Origin: Eubacteriales bacterium
GTDB taxonomy: Bacteria; Bacillota; Clostridia; Peptostreptococcales; T1SED10-28
Length of the DNA: 49,339 bases
Direction of reading: 5' to 3'
Assembly: GCA_041642335.1 (NCBI GenBank)
Contig: JBEPWR010000001.1
Location: forward strand, 1 to 49,339
Within the stretch, counting starts at the first letter, position 1; each line of letters starts with the position of its first letter. A model generated the notes under the pieces. It was given only the letters and a program-made list of their open reading frames with translations, was not told where the DNA came from and did no database searches. Shown here piece by piece: positions 1 to 9,033 of the stretch. A program made the translations under genes and the position numbers.

Positions 1-415
1 AAATGTCGAGAATGTTCATGGTATCCTCACTTCCCAGAACCTTAATGCGGTACTGGATCTTGAGGGTAATCTTTGGGAGGTCCTCGTCAATGGAAACCGA
101 GATCCGGTGGGTGGTAATATTCATCTCCACAAGGCCGTAAGGGGTCTCATATCCCGTGGAATGGGTTTTGCCTTTTTCAAAAATCATATCCGCTTTGGCA
201 CTGCCGAAACGTCGGATATTGACGCGATCCTCCGAATCGATCTTCAAGGTCGTAGTGGAGCCTTCCATCCCCGAAAGTTCGGTTTCTTCATATACTACAT
301 AATACTTATCATTTTTCTTAAAAAGCGATCCCTCGGTGATTAATTCGATGATATTTTCCTCTCCCTGGGCATCCTTTTGCGTACCGATGATCTTTACTTG
401 TACCTGCTCTTTCAT
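1..415 (-). CDS. DUF1934/YwiB-family protein, 3' end runs off the window
   Basis: Not in the ORF track. Manual translation from ATG at 415: MKEQVQVKIIGTQKDAQGEENIIELITEGSLFKKNDKYYVVYEETELSGMEGSTTTLKID...YETPYG; RBS GAAAGGAAAG upstream. YEE..SGMEG.TTTLKI and YxTPYG are typical of DUF1934. Confidence 0.8.
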   Translation of the reverse strand, partial: MKEQVQVKIIGTQKDAQGEENIIELITEGSLFKKNDKYYVVYEETELSGMEGSTTTLKIDSEDRVNIRRFGSAKADMIFEKGKTHSTGYETPYGLVEMNITTHRISVSIDEDLPKITLKIQYRIKVLGSEDTMNILDI

Positions 416-444
416 TTGATCTTTCCTTTCTCTAATTTTCTGCT

Positions 445-1554
445 TTATGACTCTTTCTCCGGAAAACGCTGAAAACCGAACTCTATTAACTGATCTACCA
501 GAGCTTCATAGGAAATCCCCGTACTTTCCCACATTTTCGGGTACATACTGATCTTTGTGAAGCCGGGCATGGTATTGATCTCATTAAAATAAATTTTCCC
601 CGTGGTTTTCTCCACAAAAAAATCTATTCGGGCAAGGCCGGTACAGTCCATGGCTTTATAAATCCTTTTCCCCTCGGTACGGATCACCTCGGTTTGTTCC
701 TGCGACAGATTTGCCGGAATAATGTATTGGCTTTTCCCATCAAAATACTTGTCCCGGTAATCATAAAACTCGTTATGGGGAATAATCTCGGCGGGCAGGG
801 ACGCCTCGGGATGGTAGTTGCCCAGTATTCCACACTCAATTTCCCGGGCATTAATAAACTCTTCCACTAAAACCTTTCGGTCATAGCTTAGGGCCAAATC
901 AATTCCCTCGATCAACTCCTTGCGATTATGGGCCTTTGTAATCCCCACACTGGAACCCAGATTCGCCGGTTTGATAAATACAGGATATCCGAATTGCTTT
1001 TCCATATCCGAGCGCTGTTTTTCCTTTTCTTCCGCGCTTTTCTCATATACCTCTTTCAAAATCAGATGGTAGTCCGCCTGGGCAATGCCTAAGGTGCTGA
1101 CAATTTTTTTCGTCATCACTTTGTCCATGGCAACAGAGGATGCAAGAACTCCGGCTCCCACATAAGGGATATTCAGCATTTCACACATCCCCTGAATCGT
1201 TCCATCCTCACCCAAGGGACCGTGAAGCACAGGAAAGACCAGATCAATGGCCTCTTTTCGTTGTCGGTTCCATAAAACCATCTTTCCGACCGGTTCTTTA
1301 CGGGTGTTTGTGCGAAGGGAAATATCCTGATCTTCCTTCTTTTCAAGGTAATCCCGAAGTTCCTGCCAACTTCTTTTTCTGAGTACGCTTAGGGGCTCAT
1401 CAAAAAATTTCCAGGTTCCGTCTTTGGAAATTCCCACAGGGATGATCCTGTATTTTTCTTCATTAATCGCATTGAGTACGGATAAAGCCGACATCAGCGA
1501 CACTTCATGTTCTCCCGATTGGCCTCCGAAAATTACCAATATATTTTTTTTCAC
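445..1554 (-). CDS. ddl: D-alanine--D-alanine ligase
   Basis: FGGQSGEHEVSL, FPVLHGPLGEDGTIQG, KPANLGSSVGI, FYDYRDKY, NEINTMPGFT motifs. Confidence 0.97.
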   Translation of the reverse strand: MKKNILVIFGGQSGEHEVSLMSALSVLNAINEEKYRIIPVGISKDGTWKFFDEPLSVLRKRSWQELRDYLEKKEDQDISLRTNTRKEPVGKMVLWNRQRKEAIDLVFPVLHGPLGEDGTIQGMCEMLNIPYVGAGVLASSVAMDKVMTKKIVSTLGIAQADYHLILKEVYEKSAEEKEKQRSDMEKQFGYPVFIKPANLGSSVGITKAHNRKELIEGIDLALSYDRKVLVEEFINAREIECGILGNYHPEASLPAEIIPHNEFYDYRDKYFDGKSQYIIPANLSQEQTEVIRTEGKRIYKAMDCTGLARIDFFVEKTTGKIYFNEINTMPGFTKISMYPKMWESTGISYEALVDQLIEFGFQRFPEKES

Positions 1555-1575
1555 CGTTTTCCCCGTCCTTTCATT

Positions 1576-2436
1576 TTATCCGTTATAGGTCGTTACCACA
1601 TAGGTTTGATGATGATAACGCAGAAGGTTCTGCGCCGCTTTTTTCGCCCGGTCCTGGTCCTTAAAAATTCCGAATACGGTGGGCCCGCTACCGGTCATCA
1701 TCGTTCCTATAGCATTGTACTGCATCATCTTATTCTTGATGTCCCGGATTACATGATGTTTATTGAGCGTTACACTTTCTAAAGCGTTGTACATGTTTTT
1801 ACTAACGGTTCTAAGATCTCGATTTTCAACAGCCGTCAGAAACTCCTTCGTCAGGGGTCTTCTTTCCAGTTTCGAGAGGTCCAGGGCTTTATAGACCTCC
1901 GGGGTCGATACGGAGATTCCCGGCTTGCAAAGGACCATCCAGGTGTTTCTCAGCCCCCGTATGGGCGTCAGCTTCTCTCCGATTCCTTCGGCTACCGCAG
2001 CCCCTTCCATTATGGCAAAGGGCACATCCGCTCCCAGACGAAGACCTAAGGCCCGAAGTTTTTCTTCGCTCAAACCAAGTTCCCATAGTTGATTAAGTCC
2101 TTTCAATACCCCGGCTGCATTTGCGCTGCCTCCCGCAAGACCCGCTGCCACAGGGATGTTCTTATCAATGGTGATCTCCACCCCTTGATCAATCTGATAT
2201 TCTTCCTTGATCAGCTTTGCTGCCTGAACTCCGATATTTCCTGCGTCTTTTGGAATATACGGGGAATTGGTTTTAATCAGTACTTCATCCTTTTCCCGTT
2301 CCTCCAAGGTTACTGTATCATAAAGGCCGATGCTCTGCATGACCATTTGCAGTTCATGGTATCCATCTTCCCGTCTCCCGATGACTTCTAAATACAGGTT
2401 TACTTTTCCATAGGTTTTGAGCATTATTTTCTCCAT
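1576..2436 (-). CDS. ispE: 4-diphosphocytidyl-2-C-methyl-D-erythritol kinase
   Basis: KVNLYLEV..RREDGYHEL, KNIPVAAGLAGGSANAA, LGADVPF, MTGSGPTVF. Confidence 0.97.
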   Translation of the reverse strand: MEKIMLKTYGKVNLYLEVIGRREDGYHELQMVMQSIGLYDTVTLEEREKDEVLIKTNSPYIPKDAGNIGVQAAKLIKEEYQIDQGVEITIDKNIPVAAGLAGGSANAAGVLKGLNQLWELGLSEEKLRALGLRLGADVPFAIMEGAAVAEGIGEKLTPIRGLRNTWMVLCKPGISVSTPEVYKALDLSKLERRPLTKEFLTAVENRDLRTVSKNMYNALESVTLNKHHVIRDIKNKMMQYNAIGTMMTGSGPTVFGIFKDQDRAKKAAQNLLRYHHQTYVVTTYNG

Positions 2437-2473
2437 CTTCCAAAGCCTCCATCATGTACTGAATTTAATTGTT

Positions 2474-2502
2474 ATTATATCTTAAAAGCCGGAACTTGTA
2501 AA
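2474..2502 (-). promoter_or_regulatory. sigmaA promoter for ispE-ddl
   Basis: TTTACA-17 nt-TATAAT on the minus strand. Confidence 0.6.
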
Positions 2503-2510
2503 AAGAATCT

Positions 2511-2545
2511 AAAAAGCCCTCTTCCCGAAGGGAGAAGAGAGCTTT
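2511..2545 (-). terminator. Intrinsic terminator after arcC
   Basis: Imperfect stem AAAGC-CTCTT-CCC / GGG-AAGAG-GCTTT followed by a T-run on the minus strand. Confidence 0.6.
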
Positions 2546-2565
2546 CGTCTTTTGATGCACCGATT

Positions 2566-3534
2566 TTATTCCGCCCGTACAATAACGGTTCCGGTTTTTC
2601 CTTCAATTCCTTCTTTGGCCTTTTCCAACGAAGTAATTAAGGTTTTTCGTCCCGGTTTGGATTCTACAAACTTCAAGGCTGCTTTAACCTTCGGCAGCAT
2701 GGACCCCGGGGCAAAATGGCCTTCTTCCATGTATTTCTTTGCTTCTTCAATGGTGATCTCCGACAGTTCTTCAACCTCTGGTGTTCCGAAGTTAATGGCC
2801 ACTTTTTCCACGGCCGTCAGAATGATCAACATATCCGCATCCAAAATTTCCGCAATTTTTTCCGAGGCGAAGTCCTTATCAATGACTGCCGGCACCCCTT
2901 CCAGTACCCCATTTCCCCGGTCAAGTACTGGCACACCGCCACCGCCGACTGTAATCACTACGTGGCCGTTATCCACAAGGGTTCGAACTATCGGGGCTTC
3001 CACAACATCTACCGGTTCCGGAGAAGCCACAACTCTTCGATAACCTCTACCGGCATCCTCCTTCATAACAAAACCCATTTCACGCTCTAATTTATTTGCT
3101 TCTTCTTCATTAAAAAAGGATCCTACCGGTTTCGTGGGGTTGGTAAAACCCGGATCATTTTCATCCACCACTACCTGGGTTACCACAGTACCCACTTCTT
3201 TTTTGATCTTTCGCTGTACCATTTCTTCCCTTATGGCTTGCTGTAAGTGATAGCCGATATACCCTTGAGACATGGCTCCACATTCGGGAAATGGCATGAT
3301 CGGCAAGCCCTGATCCGTAATCGCCGCCGCCTCATAGGTGGCAACAATTTGTCCAACCTGAGGACCGTTACCATGGGCAATGATTACCTCGTGACCGTCT
3401 TCAATTAAATCCACAATCGGCTTCGCCGTTTCCTTTGCGGTTTTTATTTGCGCCTTCGCTGTAGTATCCTTCGGGTCAGCCTGCAGGGCATTCCCCCCAA
3501 GCGCAATAACAATTCTGCTGTTTTCTTTAACCAT
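2566..3534 (-). CDS. arcC: Carbamate kinase
   Basis: IALGGNAL, HGNGPQVG, PTKPVG, RRVVASPEP, VIDKDFAS, GSMLPKV. Confidence 0.97.
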   Translation of the reverse strand: MVKENSRIVIALGGNALQADPKDTTAKAQIKTAKETAKPIVDLIEDGHEVIIAHGNGPQVGQIVATYEAAAITDQGLPIMPFPECGAMSQGYIGYHLQQAIREEMVQRKIKKEVGTVVTQVVVDENDPGFTNPTKPVGSFFNEEEANKLEREMGFVMKEDAGRGYRRVVASPEPVDVVEAPIVRTLVDNGHVVITVGGGGVPVLDRGNGVLEGVPAVIDKDFASEKIAEILDADMLIILTAVEKVAINFGTPEVEELSEITIEEAKKYMEEGHFAPGSMLPKVKAALKFVESKPGRKTLITSLEKAKEGIEGKTGTVIVRAE

Positions 3535-3679
3535 AATTGATCGCTGACAATACTGTCAGCTCCCTCCCTTCTCGTTTCAGTAAAGCCTGATTTTCATTCC
3601 ATGTTTAAACAGGAACACTTCCATCCGTTCAGAAGTGTTCCTGCTTTTTTCTTGTTTTTCACTAGCTAAGGGCAAGAAA

Positions 3680-4675
3680 TTATCCCATCGTGGCTACCAT
3701 TACGGATTTAATGGTATGCATTCGGTTTTCGGCTTCGTCAAATACCACGGAATGCTTAGATCTAAAGACTTCATCCGTCACTTCCATCTCCGTCAGCCCG
3801 AACTTTTCGTGGATCTCTTTACCGACTTTTGTTTCCAGGTCATGAAAGGCCGGTAAGCAGTGCATAAAAATCGTGTTCTCATTTCCGGTTTTTTCGATCA
3901 TCTCCATGTTTACCTGATAGTCCTTGAGCAGTTTAATCCGCTCTTCAAATTGTTCTTCTTCACCCATGGATACCCATACATCGGTATAAATTACGTCCGC
4001 ATCCTTCACTCCCTCTGCGATGTCATCCGTAATGGTTATGCTAGCTCCGGTACCCTTGGCGATCTCATTCATTTCTTCAACCAGGTCCTGGGAAGGGAAC
4101 AATTCCTTTGGAGCCACGGCTCTAAAATCCATCCCCATTTTCGCCGCGCCAATCATCAAAGAGTTCCCCATATTGTTTCGGGCATCTCCTAAAAAGGCAA
4201 ATTTCACTTTGTTTAAGGGCTTATCCACATGCTCGCTGATGGTCAGTAAATCCGCAAGGATCTGTGTCGGATGATACAGATCCGTTAAACCGTTCCATAC
4301 GGGAATACCGGCATGTTCCGCCAGAATATCCACCGTTTCCTGTTTGAATCCCCGAAACTCCATTCCGTCGTAGAACCGGCCAAGAACCTTTGCCGTATCC
4401 TCCAAGGATTCTTTTTTTCCCATCTGGGAGTCGCTGGACCCCAGAAAAGTAACATGGGCGCCTTCGTCCAAAGCGGCTACTTCAAAGGCGCAACGGGTTC
4501 TGGTGGAGGCTTTTTCAAATAAGAGCACCACATTTTTTCCCTCCAGTGCTTTTTCCTTGCTTCCGGTTCGTTTCTTGGCTTTCAAATCCTTGGATAAGTC
4601 CAGAAGATATTGAATCTCTTCCGGGCTGAAGTCTTTCAGGGTTACAAAATTTCTTCCTTTTAAATTTACTGGCAT
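3680..4675 (-). CDS. argF: Ornithine carbamoyltransferase (catabolic, ArcB role)
   Basis: STRTR, HPTQ, DVWVSMG, HCLP motifs; lies between arcA and arcC. Confidence 0.97.
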   Translation of the reverse strand: MPVNLKGRNFVTLKDFSPEEIQYLLDLSKDLKAKKRTGSKEKALEGKNVVLLFEKASTRTRCAFEVAALDEGAHVTFLGSSDSQMGKKESLEDTAKVLGRFYDGMEFRGFKQETVDILAEHAGIPVWNGLTDLYHPTQILADLLTISEHVDKPLNKVKFAFLGDARNNMGNSLMIGAAKMGMDFRAVAPKELFPSQDLVEEMNEIAKGTGASITITDDIAEGVKDADVIYTDVWVSMGEEEQFEERIKLLKDYQVNMEMIEKTGNENTIFMHCLPAFHDLETKVGKEIHEKFGLTEMEVTDEVFRSKHSVVFDEAENRMHTIKSVMVATMG

Positions 4676-4724
4676 GCTTATTCCTCCTCGGTTTTTAATT
4701 GGCTTATTCGGACAGACACTTCAT

Positions 4725-5954
4725 TTATCTTAAATCTTCCCTTACCAAAGGCATGGACATGCATCTTGGACCACCCCGGCCTCTAACCAGTTCGGACCCT
4801 TCGATTTCCACTACTTCAATCCCATGACTTCTGAGGGTTTTATTAGAGGCTTCATTTCGGTTGTAGGTTATGACAACCCCCGGTGCAATGGCTAGGGTAT
4901 TGGTGCTGTCATTCCACTGTTCTCTCGCTGCGGTAATCGGATCTCCTCCACCGCTTTGGATGAGTTTTACCGAAGAAAGCTTCAATACATCCTGCAAGGC
5001 TTCTTTAAGGCTGGGCTTTACCTTCACATTCAGGCCACTCTTGCCCGGGGTAATTTCATAGGCTTTTAAGGCATCCTCAATGCCCGGATAAATGGTGAAC
5101 TTGTCGTAATCCACCATGGTAAAGACGGTATCTAAGTGCATATAGGCTCTGGTAAAGGGAATTTGTATGGCTAAGACCTTTTTGATGGGAGCCTTTTCAA
5201 AAAGTCTCTCCGCAATAATTTCCACGGCTCTGGAGGAAGTCCGCTCACTTACGCCGATGGCCACCACTTCATCACTAAGGACCAACACATCTCCACCTTC
5301 GATATTACTCTTTTCTTTATAATCATACCAAAGCGGGGTGTCTTCTTTTTTGATTAAGGGATGATGGGCATATACGTACTGTAAAAACATGGTCTCCCGA
5401 TCCCGAGCAGGAGTGTTCATCTTACTGATGCTTAATCCGTCTCCAATCACTGCACCCGGGTCCCGGGTAAAATACAGATTGGGAATGGGATTGATTAAAA
5501 ACGGGTAATCCCGCTGGATATAATCGCTGAGACTTCTTTTTTCCTTATTGGTATCCAGTTCGGTTTTCAAGAGTCCTGAAATCGCGATGTCCACCAATTC
5601 TCCGGCGGTTTTTTCCTGTAGGAATCCGCTGATTTCCTCATTAATCCGGTCATTATCCCCTCCGGCAATATCAATCAGTTCCGCAATAAATTTCCCGGCG
5701 ACTTTTTCATCTTTCAGTACTTCTTCCAGCAGTTTTTCATAGTAATACACCTTCGTTCCCCGTTCTTCCATCACCTTGGCAAAGGCATCGTGTTCCTTTT
5801 GCATTTGTGATAACCAGGGGATATCATCAAAGAGTAACTCCTCCAAGTAAGCAGGGGTCAGTCTTTCAAGTTCTTTTCCTGGACGATGAAGCATGACGGC
5901 TTTTAACTTTCCAATTTCTGAGGTTACATGCAAAAACCCTTTTGAATTTGTCAC
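4725..5954 (-). CDS. arcA: Arginine deiminase
   Basis: SEIGKL, FTRD, EGGD, MHLDT, GRGGPRCMSMP. Confidence 0.98.
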   Translation of the reverse strand: MTNSKGFLHVTSEIGKLKAVMLHRPGKELERLTPAYLEELLFDDIPWLSQMQKEHDAFAKVMEERGTKVYYYEKLLEEVLKDEKVAGKFIAELIDIAGGDNDRINEEISGFLQEKTAGELVDIAISGLLKTELDTNKEKRSLSDYIQRDYPFLINPIPNLYFTRDPGAVIGDGLSISKMNTPARDRETMFLQYVYAHHPLIKKEDTPLWYDYKEKSNIEGGDVLVLSDEVVAIGVSERTSSRAVEIIAERLFEKAPIKKVLAIQIPFTRAYMHLDTVFTMVDYDKFTIYPGIEDALKAYEITPGKSGLNVKVKPSLKEALQDVLKLSSVKLIQSGGGDPITAAREQWNDSTNTLAIAPGVVITYNRNEASNKTLRSHGIEVVEIEGSELVRGRGGPRCMSMPLVREDLR

Positions 5955-6000
5955 AGTAAAGCTCCTTTCTTCTTAAGTCCTGTTTTCTTTTCCTGACTCT

Positions 6001-6029
6001 AGTATATATTCCATTGATGTATAAATCAA
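6001..6029 (-). promoter_or_regulatory. sigmaA promoter for the arc operon
   Basis: TTGATT-17 nt-TATACT on the minus strand; the -35 overlaps a TTGAT-N6-ATCAA palindrome at 6014-6029. Confidence 0.6.
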
Positions 6030-6200
6030 GCGGCTATTTTTATAGGATTTCATCCATTTTATTCACATCATGCATATTTTTCCACTGAGGGATGATCTGT
6101 GCTTTTCCTATCCCGTATATCCCGTGAGTTTTCCTTATCCTTGGTTCACTCTGATGTATAAAGATAATTAACCCTTTATAATAATTATTAGAATTTTTGA

Positions 6201-6228
6201 AAATCGGCGTCCCTAAATCGGCGTCCCT
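6201..6228. repeat. 14-bp perfect tandem duplication
   Basis: AAATCGGCGTCCCT x2. Confidence 0.9.
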
Positions 6229-6240
6229 ATAAGGAAGGTC

Positions 6241-6274
6241 AAAAAAAACCACCTATTTATAAAATAGGTGGTTT
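6241..6274 (-). terminator. Intrinsic terminator after veg
   Basis: AAACCACCTATTT-ATA-AAATAGGTGGTTT with a T-run on the minus strand. Confidence 0.85.
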
Positions 6275-6277
6275 GCA

Positions 6278-6544
6278 TTAATTAACCTCAACGGGGTCGT
6301 TTTGATTACAAAATGTCAATTCTACTGTGGAAGTCAATACATCCGAATAGCTGTAACAAATTCTTCTGTCTGCGTCAAATTCACCTTCGATTTTAACGAC
6401 AAAAATACTCGGATAGGTGCTCTCTAATACGCCTTCTTTTACCATCACTTTCTTCCGGCCTTTATCCGCCTTCAGTGTAACCTTTTGACCGATATAACCT
6501 GTAATGTTCTTTCTGATTTGATCTAACGTATTGCCATTCGCCAA
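6278..6544 (-). CDS. veg: Veg family protein
   Basis: IGQKVTLKADKGRKK..KEGVLESTYPSIFVV..YSYSDVLT; TTG start; near ispE as in other Firmicutes. Confidence 0.93.
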   Translation of the reverse strand: MANGNTLDQIRKNITGYIGQKVTLKADKGRKKVMVKEGVLESTYPSIFVVKIEGEFDADRRICYSYSDVLTSTVELTFCNQNDPVEVN

Positions 6545-6587
6545 AGAATCACCTTCTTTCCAATGATTAACGCATATTTACATTCAT

Positions 6588-6660
6588 ATTCTAACATATA
6601 TTATGGGTTTTGTCAAACAAGTAAACTTAATATTTTACATCGATCTTATCGGTTTGTCAA
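6588..6660 (-). promoter_or_regulatory. Tandem sigmaA promoters of veg
   Basis: TTGACA(6616-6611)-17-TAGAAT(6593-6588, with upstream TG) and TTGACA(6660-6655)-17-TAAAAT(6637-6632). Confidence 0.8.
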
Positions 6661-6670
6661 ATTAATTCGT

Positions 6671-6699
6671 AAAAAAAAGACCCAAAGTTTTTTTGGGTC
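6671..6699 (-). terminator. Terminator after the HesB-like gene
   Basis: GACCCAAA / TTTGGGTC stem with a T-run on the minus strand. Confidence 0.7.
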
Positions 6700-6730
6700 C
6701 TGAAAAAACACTTATTCTACGTTTTTACTT

Positions 6731-7021
6731 CTAGCAGCCTCCGCCGCCACCTGCAGACATATATACTACGAAACCTTTTCTTAGCATTCCATTTTTGTAG
6801 TCTACGGTAACGCCTTCGATTTGCCGATCCAACTCTTTTTCGACTAAAAAGCGATAGCCATCCACTTCTTTAATGTTATCGTCTTCCTTTGACTCATCCA
6901 GAGTCATTCCAAATGTTGGGCCGCCTCACCCAACGCCCTGCACAAAAATTCGCAGGTCTTTATTTTCGGCATTTTGGTTTTTAAGTTCGTCTTTTGCATT
7001 TTCTGTAAGCTTAATATCCAT
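6731..7021 (-). CDS. HesB/IscA-like protein, probable selenoprotein (Sec at codon 32), 96 aa
   Basis: Missed by the ORF track. MDIKLTENAKDELKNQNAENKDLRIFVQGVG-UGA-GGPTFGMTLDESKEDDNIKEVDGYRFLVEKELDRQIEGVTVDYKNGMLRKGFVVYMSAGGGGGC*; RBS AAGGAGG; the UGA at 6928-6926 aligns with the Cys of the HesB GxGC motif. Confidence 0.9.
6890..6906 (-). other. Putative bacterial SECIS hairpin
   Basis: UGACUC-UGGAU-GAGUCA starting 19 nt after the in-frame UGA, with G near the start of the loop. Confidence 0.7.
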
Positions 7022-7066
7022 TGTGATCCTCCTTTTTTCCATCCCCCTCTCCAGGGGGTTTTCTAC

Positions 7067-7095
7067 ATTATAACTTCTTCCTCGGAAAAAGTCAA
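7067..7095 (-). promoter_or_regulatory. sigmaA promoter of the HesB-like gene
   Basis: TTGACT-17-TATAAT. Confidence 0.8.
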
Positions 7096-7269
7096 CTTTC
7101 TCCAGATTCCTCTAATATATTATTTCTACCCGAAATTCTTAAAAATTAAACACGTAAATACAAGAACCGCTACTCCTTCCTTTTCCCAGAGTAATTCGGA
7201 TCTTTGGGTCTTTTGTGTATTTCAGAAGATAGCAAAAAGGTTTTTATATGTGCAAATAGTTTAAAAATA

Positions 7270-7298
7270 TTGAATTATCGGTTTTTTTATAGTATGAT
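7270..7298 (+). promoter_or_regulatory. sigmaA promoter of nhaC
   Basis: TTGAAT-17-TATGAT. Confidence 0.6.
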
Positions 7299-7418
7299 AA
7301 CATAAAGTATGAGATGTGAAAAAATTGTCTTTTTGCTTTTAAAAACCACAAAAGGGGGTAAGGATAATCAAGTAGTAATTTTTACTTACAAATACAAACT
7401 TACAAGGAGGTTAACTGT

Positions 7419-8825
7419 ATGAAAGAAAAGAAAAAAGCAACCATAGGTCACGCACTGGTCCCGATTATTTCCCTCATTATTTTTCTATTAGTAGGAATCG
7501 TTTTCCTTGGAGCAGACCCTCATATCCCACTGCTACTAGGGGTAATTGTTACCGGTGCCGTAGCCATCTTCGCCCTGAACTACACCTGGGAGGAAGTGGA
7601 ATCGAGCATTGTGGATGGGATCAAACTCGCACTGCAAGCCATTCTAATATTAATGATTATCGGTACCCTGGTAGGAACCTGGCTTCTTAGCGGAACCGTT
7701 CCAACGCTGATTTACTACGGACTACAGATATTATCACCCGGAATTTTCTTAGTTGCTACATTACTTATTTGTTCGATTGTTTCCATTTCCGTTGGAAGTT
7801 CCTGGACCACCGTAGCTACCATCGGTGTTGCATTGATGGGTGTCGGAACAGGCCTTGGAATTCCTGTGGGAATCGTTGCCGGTGCCATTGTATCCGGAGC
7901 ATACTTCGGAGATAAAATGTCTCCCTTATCCGATACCACAAACCTGGCACCGGCCATGGCCGGAGGCGAATTATTCAGCCATATCAAGTATATGTTCTGG
8001 ACCACCGGGCCTGCCTATATTCTTGCGGTACTCATTTTCGGTATCATGGGAATGAGCTATGCCGGTGGCGATATTGATACCGAGCGAATCAATTCTATTA
8101 TGAATGCCTTAGCGGATAACTTTAACCTATCGCCTTTACTGATGATTCCGCCATTACTGGTAATCGTCATTGTTATCTTTAAGGTTCCGGCCATTCCGGG
8201 ACTTCTTACCGGGACCTTTCTCGGAGCCATTTTCGCGGCAATTTTCCAGGGCGCAGGCCTAACGGAAATCGTGGACGCCGCTCATTATGGATTCGGCATT
8301 GACACTGGTGTCGTAATCGTTGATGATCTCATTTCCGGTGGCGGATTGGACGGAATGATGTGGACCGTCTCCTTGATTATCATCGCACTTTCCCTAGGTG
8401 GAATCCTAGAGGCCACAGGTATGCTTAGTGCTATCGGGGATGCAATTTTAACCGTGGCAAAGTCCACAGGATCTTTAGTCCTCGCAACCATTCTTTCCTG
8501 TATTGCCATAAACCTCTTAGCCGGAGACCAGTATTTGGCTATTGTCGTACCCGGTAGAATGTTTAGAGATACCTATAAAGAAAAGAATCTTGCTCCCAAG
8601 GTACTATCGAGGGCCCTTGAAGGCGGAGGTACCGTAACGTCACCCTTTATTCCGTGGAACACCTGCGGAGCCTATATGTGGGAAATGTTAGGCGTTCATC
8701 CTTTCACATACCTTCCCTATACCTTCTTTAATTTATTCGTTCCACTCGTAAACATCTTCTACGGATACGCCGGAATTAAGATTGCAAAGCTGTCTGATGA
8801 TGATGCTGAAGGCGCAAAGGCCTAG
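7419..8825 (+). CDS. nhaC: NhaC-family Na+/H+ antiporter or amino-acid transporter
   Basis: GTVPTLIYYGL, GSSWTT, GAYFGDKMSPLSDTTNLA, PFIPWNTCG; about 12 TM helices. Confidence 0.92.
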   Translation: MKEKKKATIGHALVPIISLIIFLLVGIVFLGADPHIPLLLGVIVTGAVAIFALNYTWEEVESSIVDGIKLALQAILILMIIGTLVGTWLLSGTVPTLIYYGLQILSPGIFLVATLLICSIVSISVGSSWTTVATIGVALMGVGTGLGIPVGIVAGAIVSGAYFGDKMSPLSDTTNLAPAMAGGELFSHIKYMFWTTGPAYILAVLIFGIMGMSYAGGDIDTERINSIMNALADNFNLSPLLMIPPLLVIVIVIFKVPAIPGLLTGTFLGAIFAAIFQGAGLTEIVDAAHYGFGIDTGVVIVDDLISGGGLDGMMWTVSLIIIALSLGGILEATGMLSAIGDAILTVAKSTGSLVLATILSCIAINLLAGDQYLAIVVPGRMFRDTYKEKNLAPKVLSRALEGGGTVTSPFIPWNTCGAYMWEMLGVHPFTYLPYTFFNLFVPLVNIFYGYAGIKIAKLSDDDAEGAKA

Positions 8826-8850
8826 TATATCATTAATCCATAATCACCTG

Positions 8851-8887
8851 ACAACCCCCGCTGAATGAATCAGCGGGGGTTGTTTTA
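8851..8887 (+). terminator. Terminator after nhaC
   Basis: ACAACCCCCGCTGA / TCAGCGGGGGTTGT followed by TTT. Confidence 0.9.
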
Positions 8888-8915
8888 TGTCCTCTCACCT
8901 TAGAATAGAAATGTC

Positions 8916-8951
8916 AAAAAAAATGGTGCCGCTATCGAGCGACACCATTTT
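8916..8951 (-). terminator. Terminator after the multi-FMN-domain gene
   Basis: AAAATGGTG-CGCT / AGCG-CACCATTTT with a T-run on the minus strand. Confidence 0.75.
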
Positions 8952-9033
8952 CAGAACTTCCTATAGACTGTCCTTAAGCTTTCAAAGTCTTACAAAGCAT
9001 CTAATCGCTTTGTGAAAGCATCACTTGACGTTT

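Noticed and set aside
6176-6190. PerR-like box TTATAATAATTATTA
   Set aside because: AT-rich context, about 150 bp from the arc promoter, and no functional rationale.
6873-7264. Plus-strand ORFs 6873-7073 and 6974-7264
   Set aside because: The region is better explained by the minus-strand HesB-like gene and its promoter.
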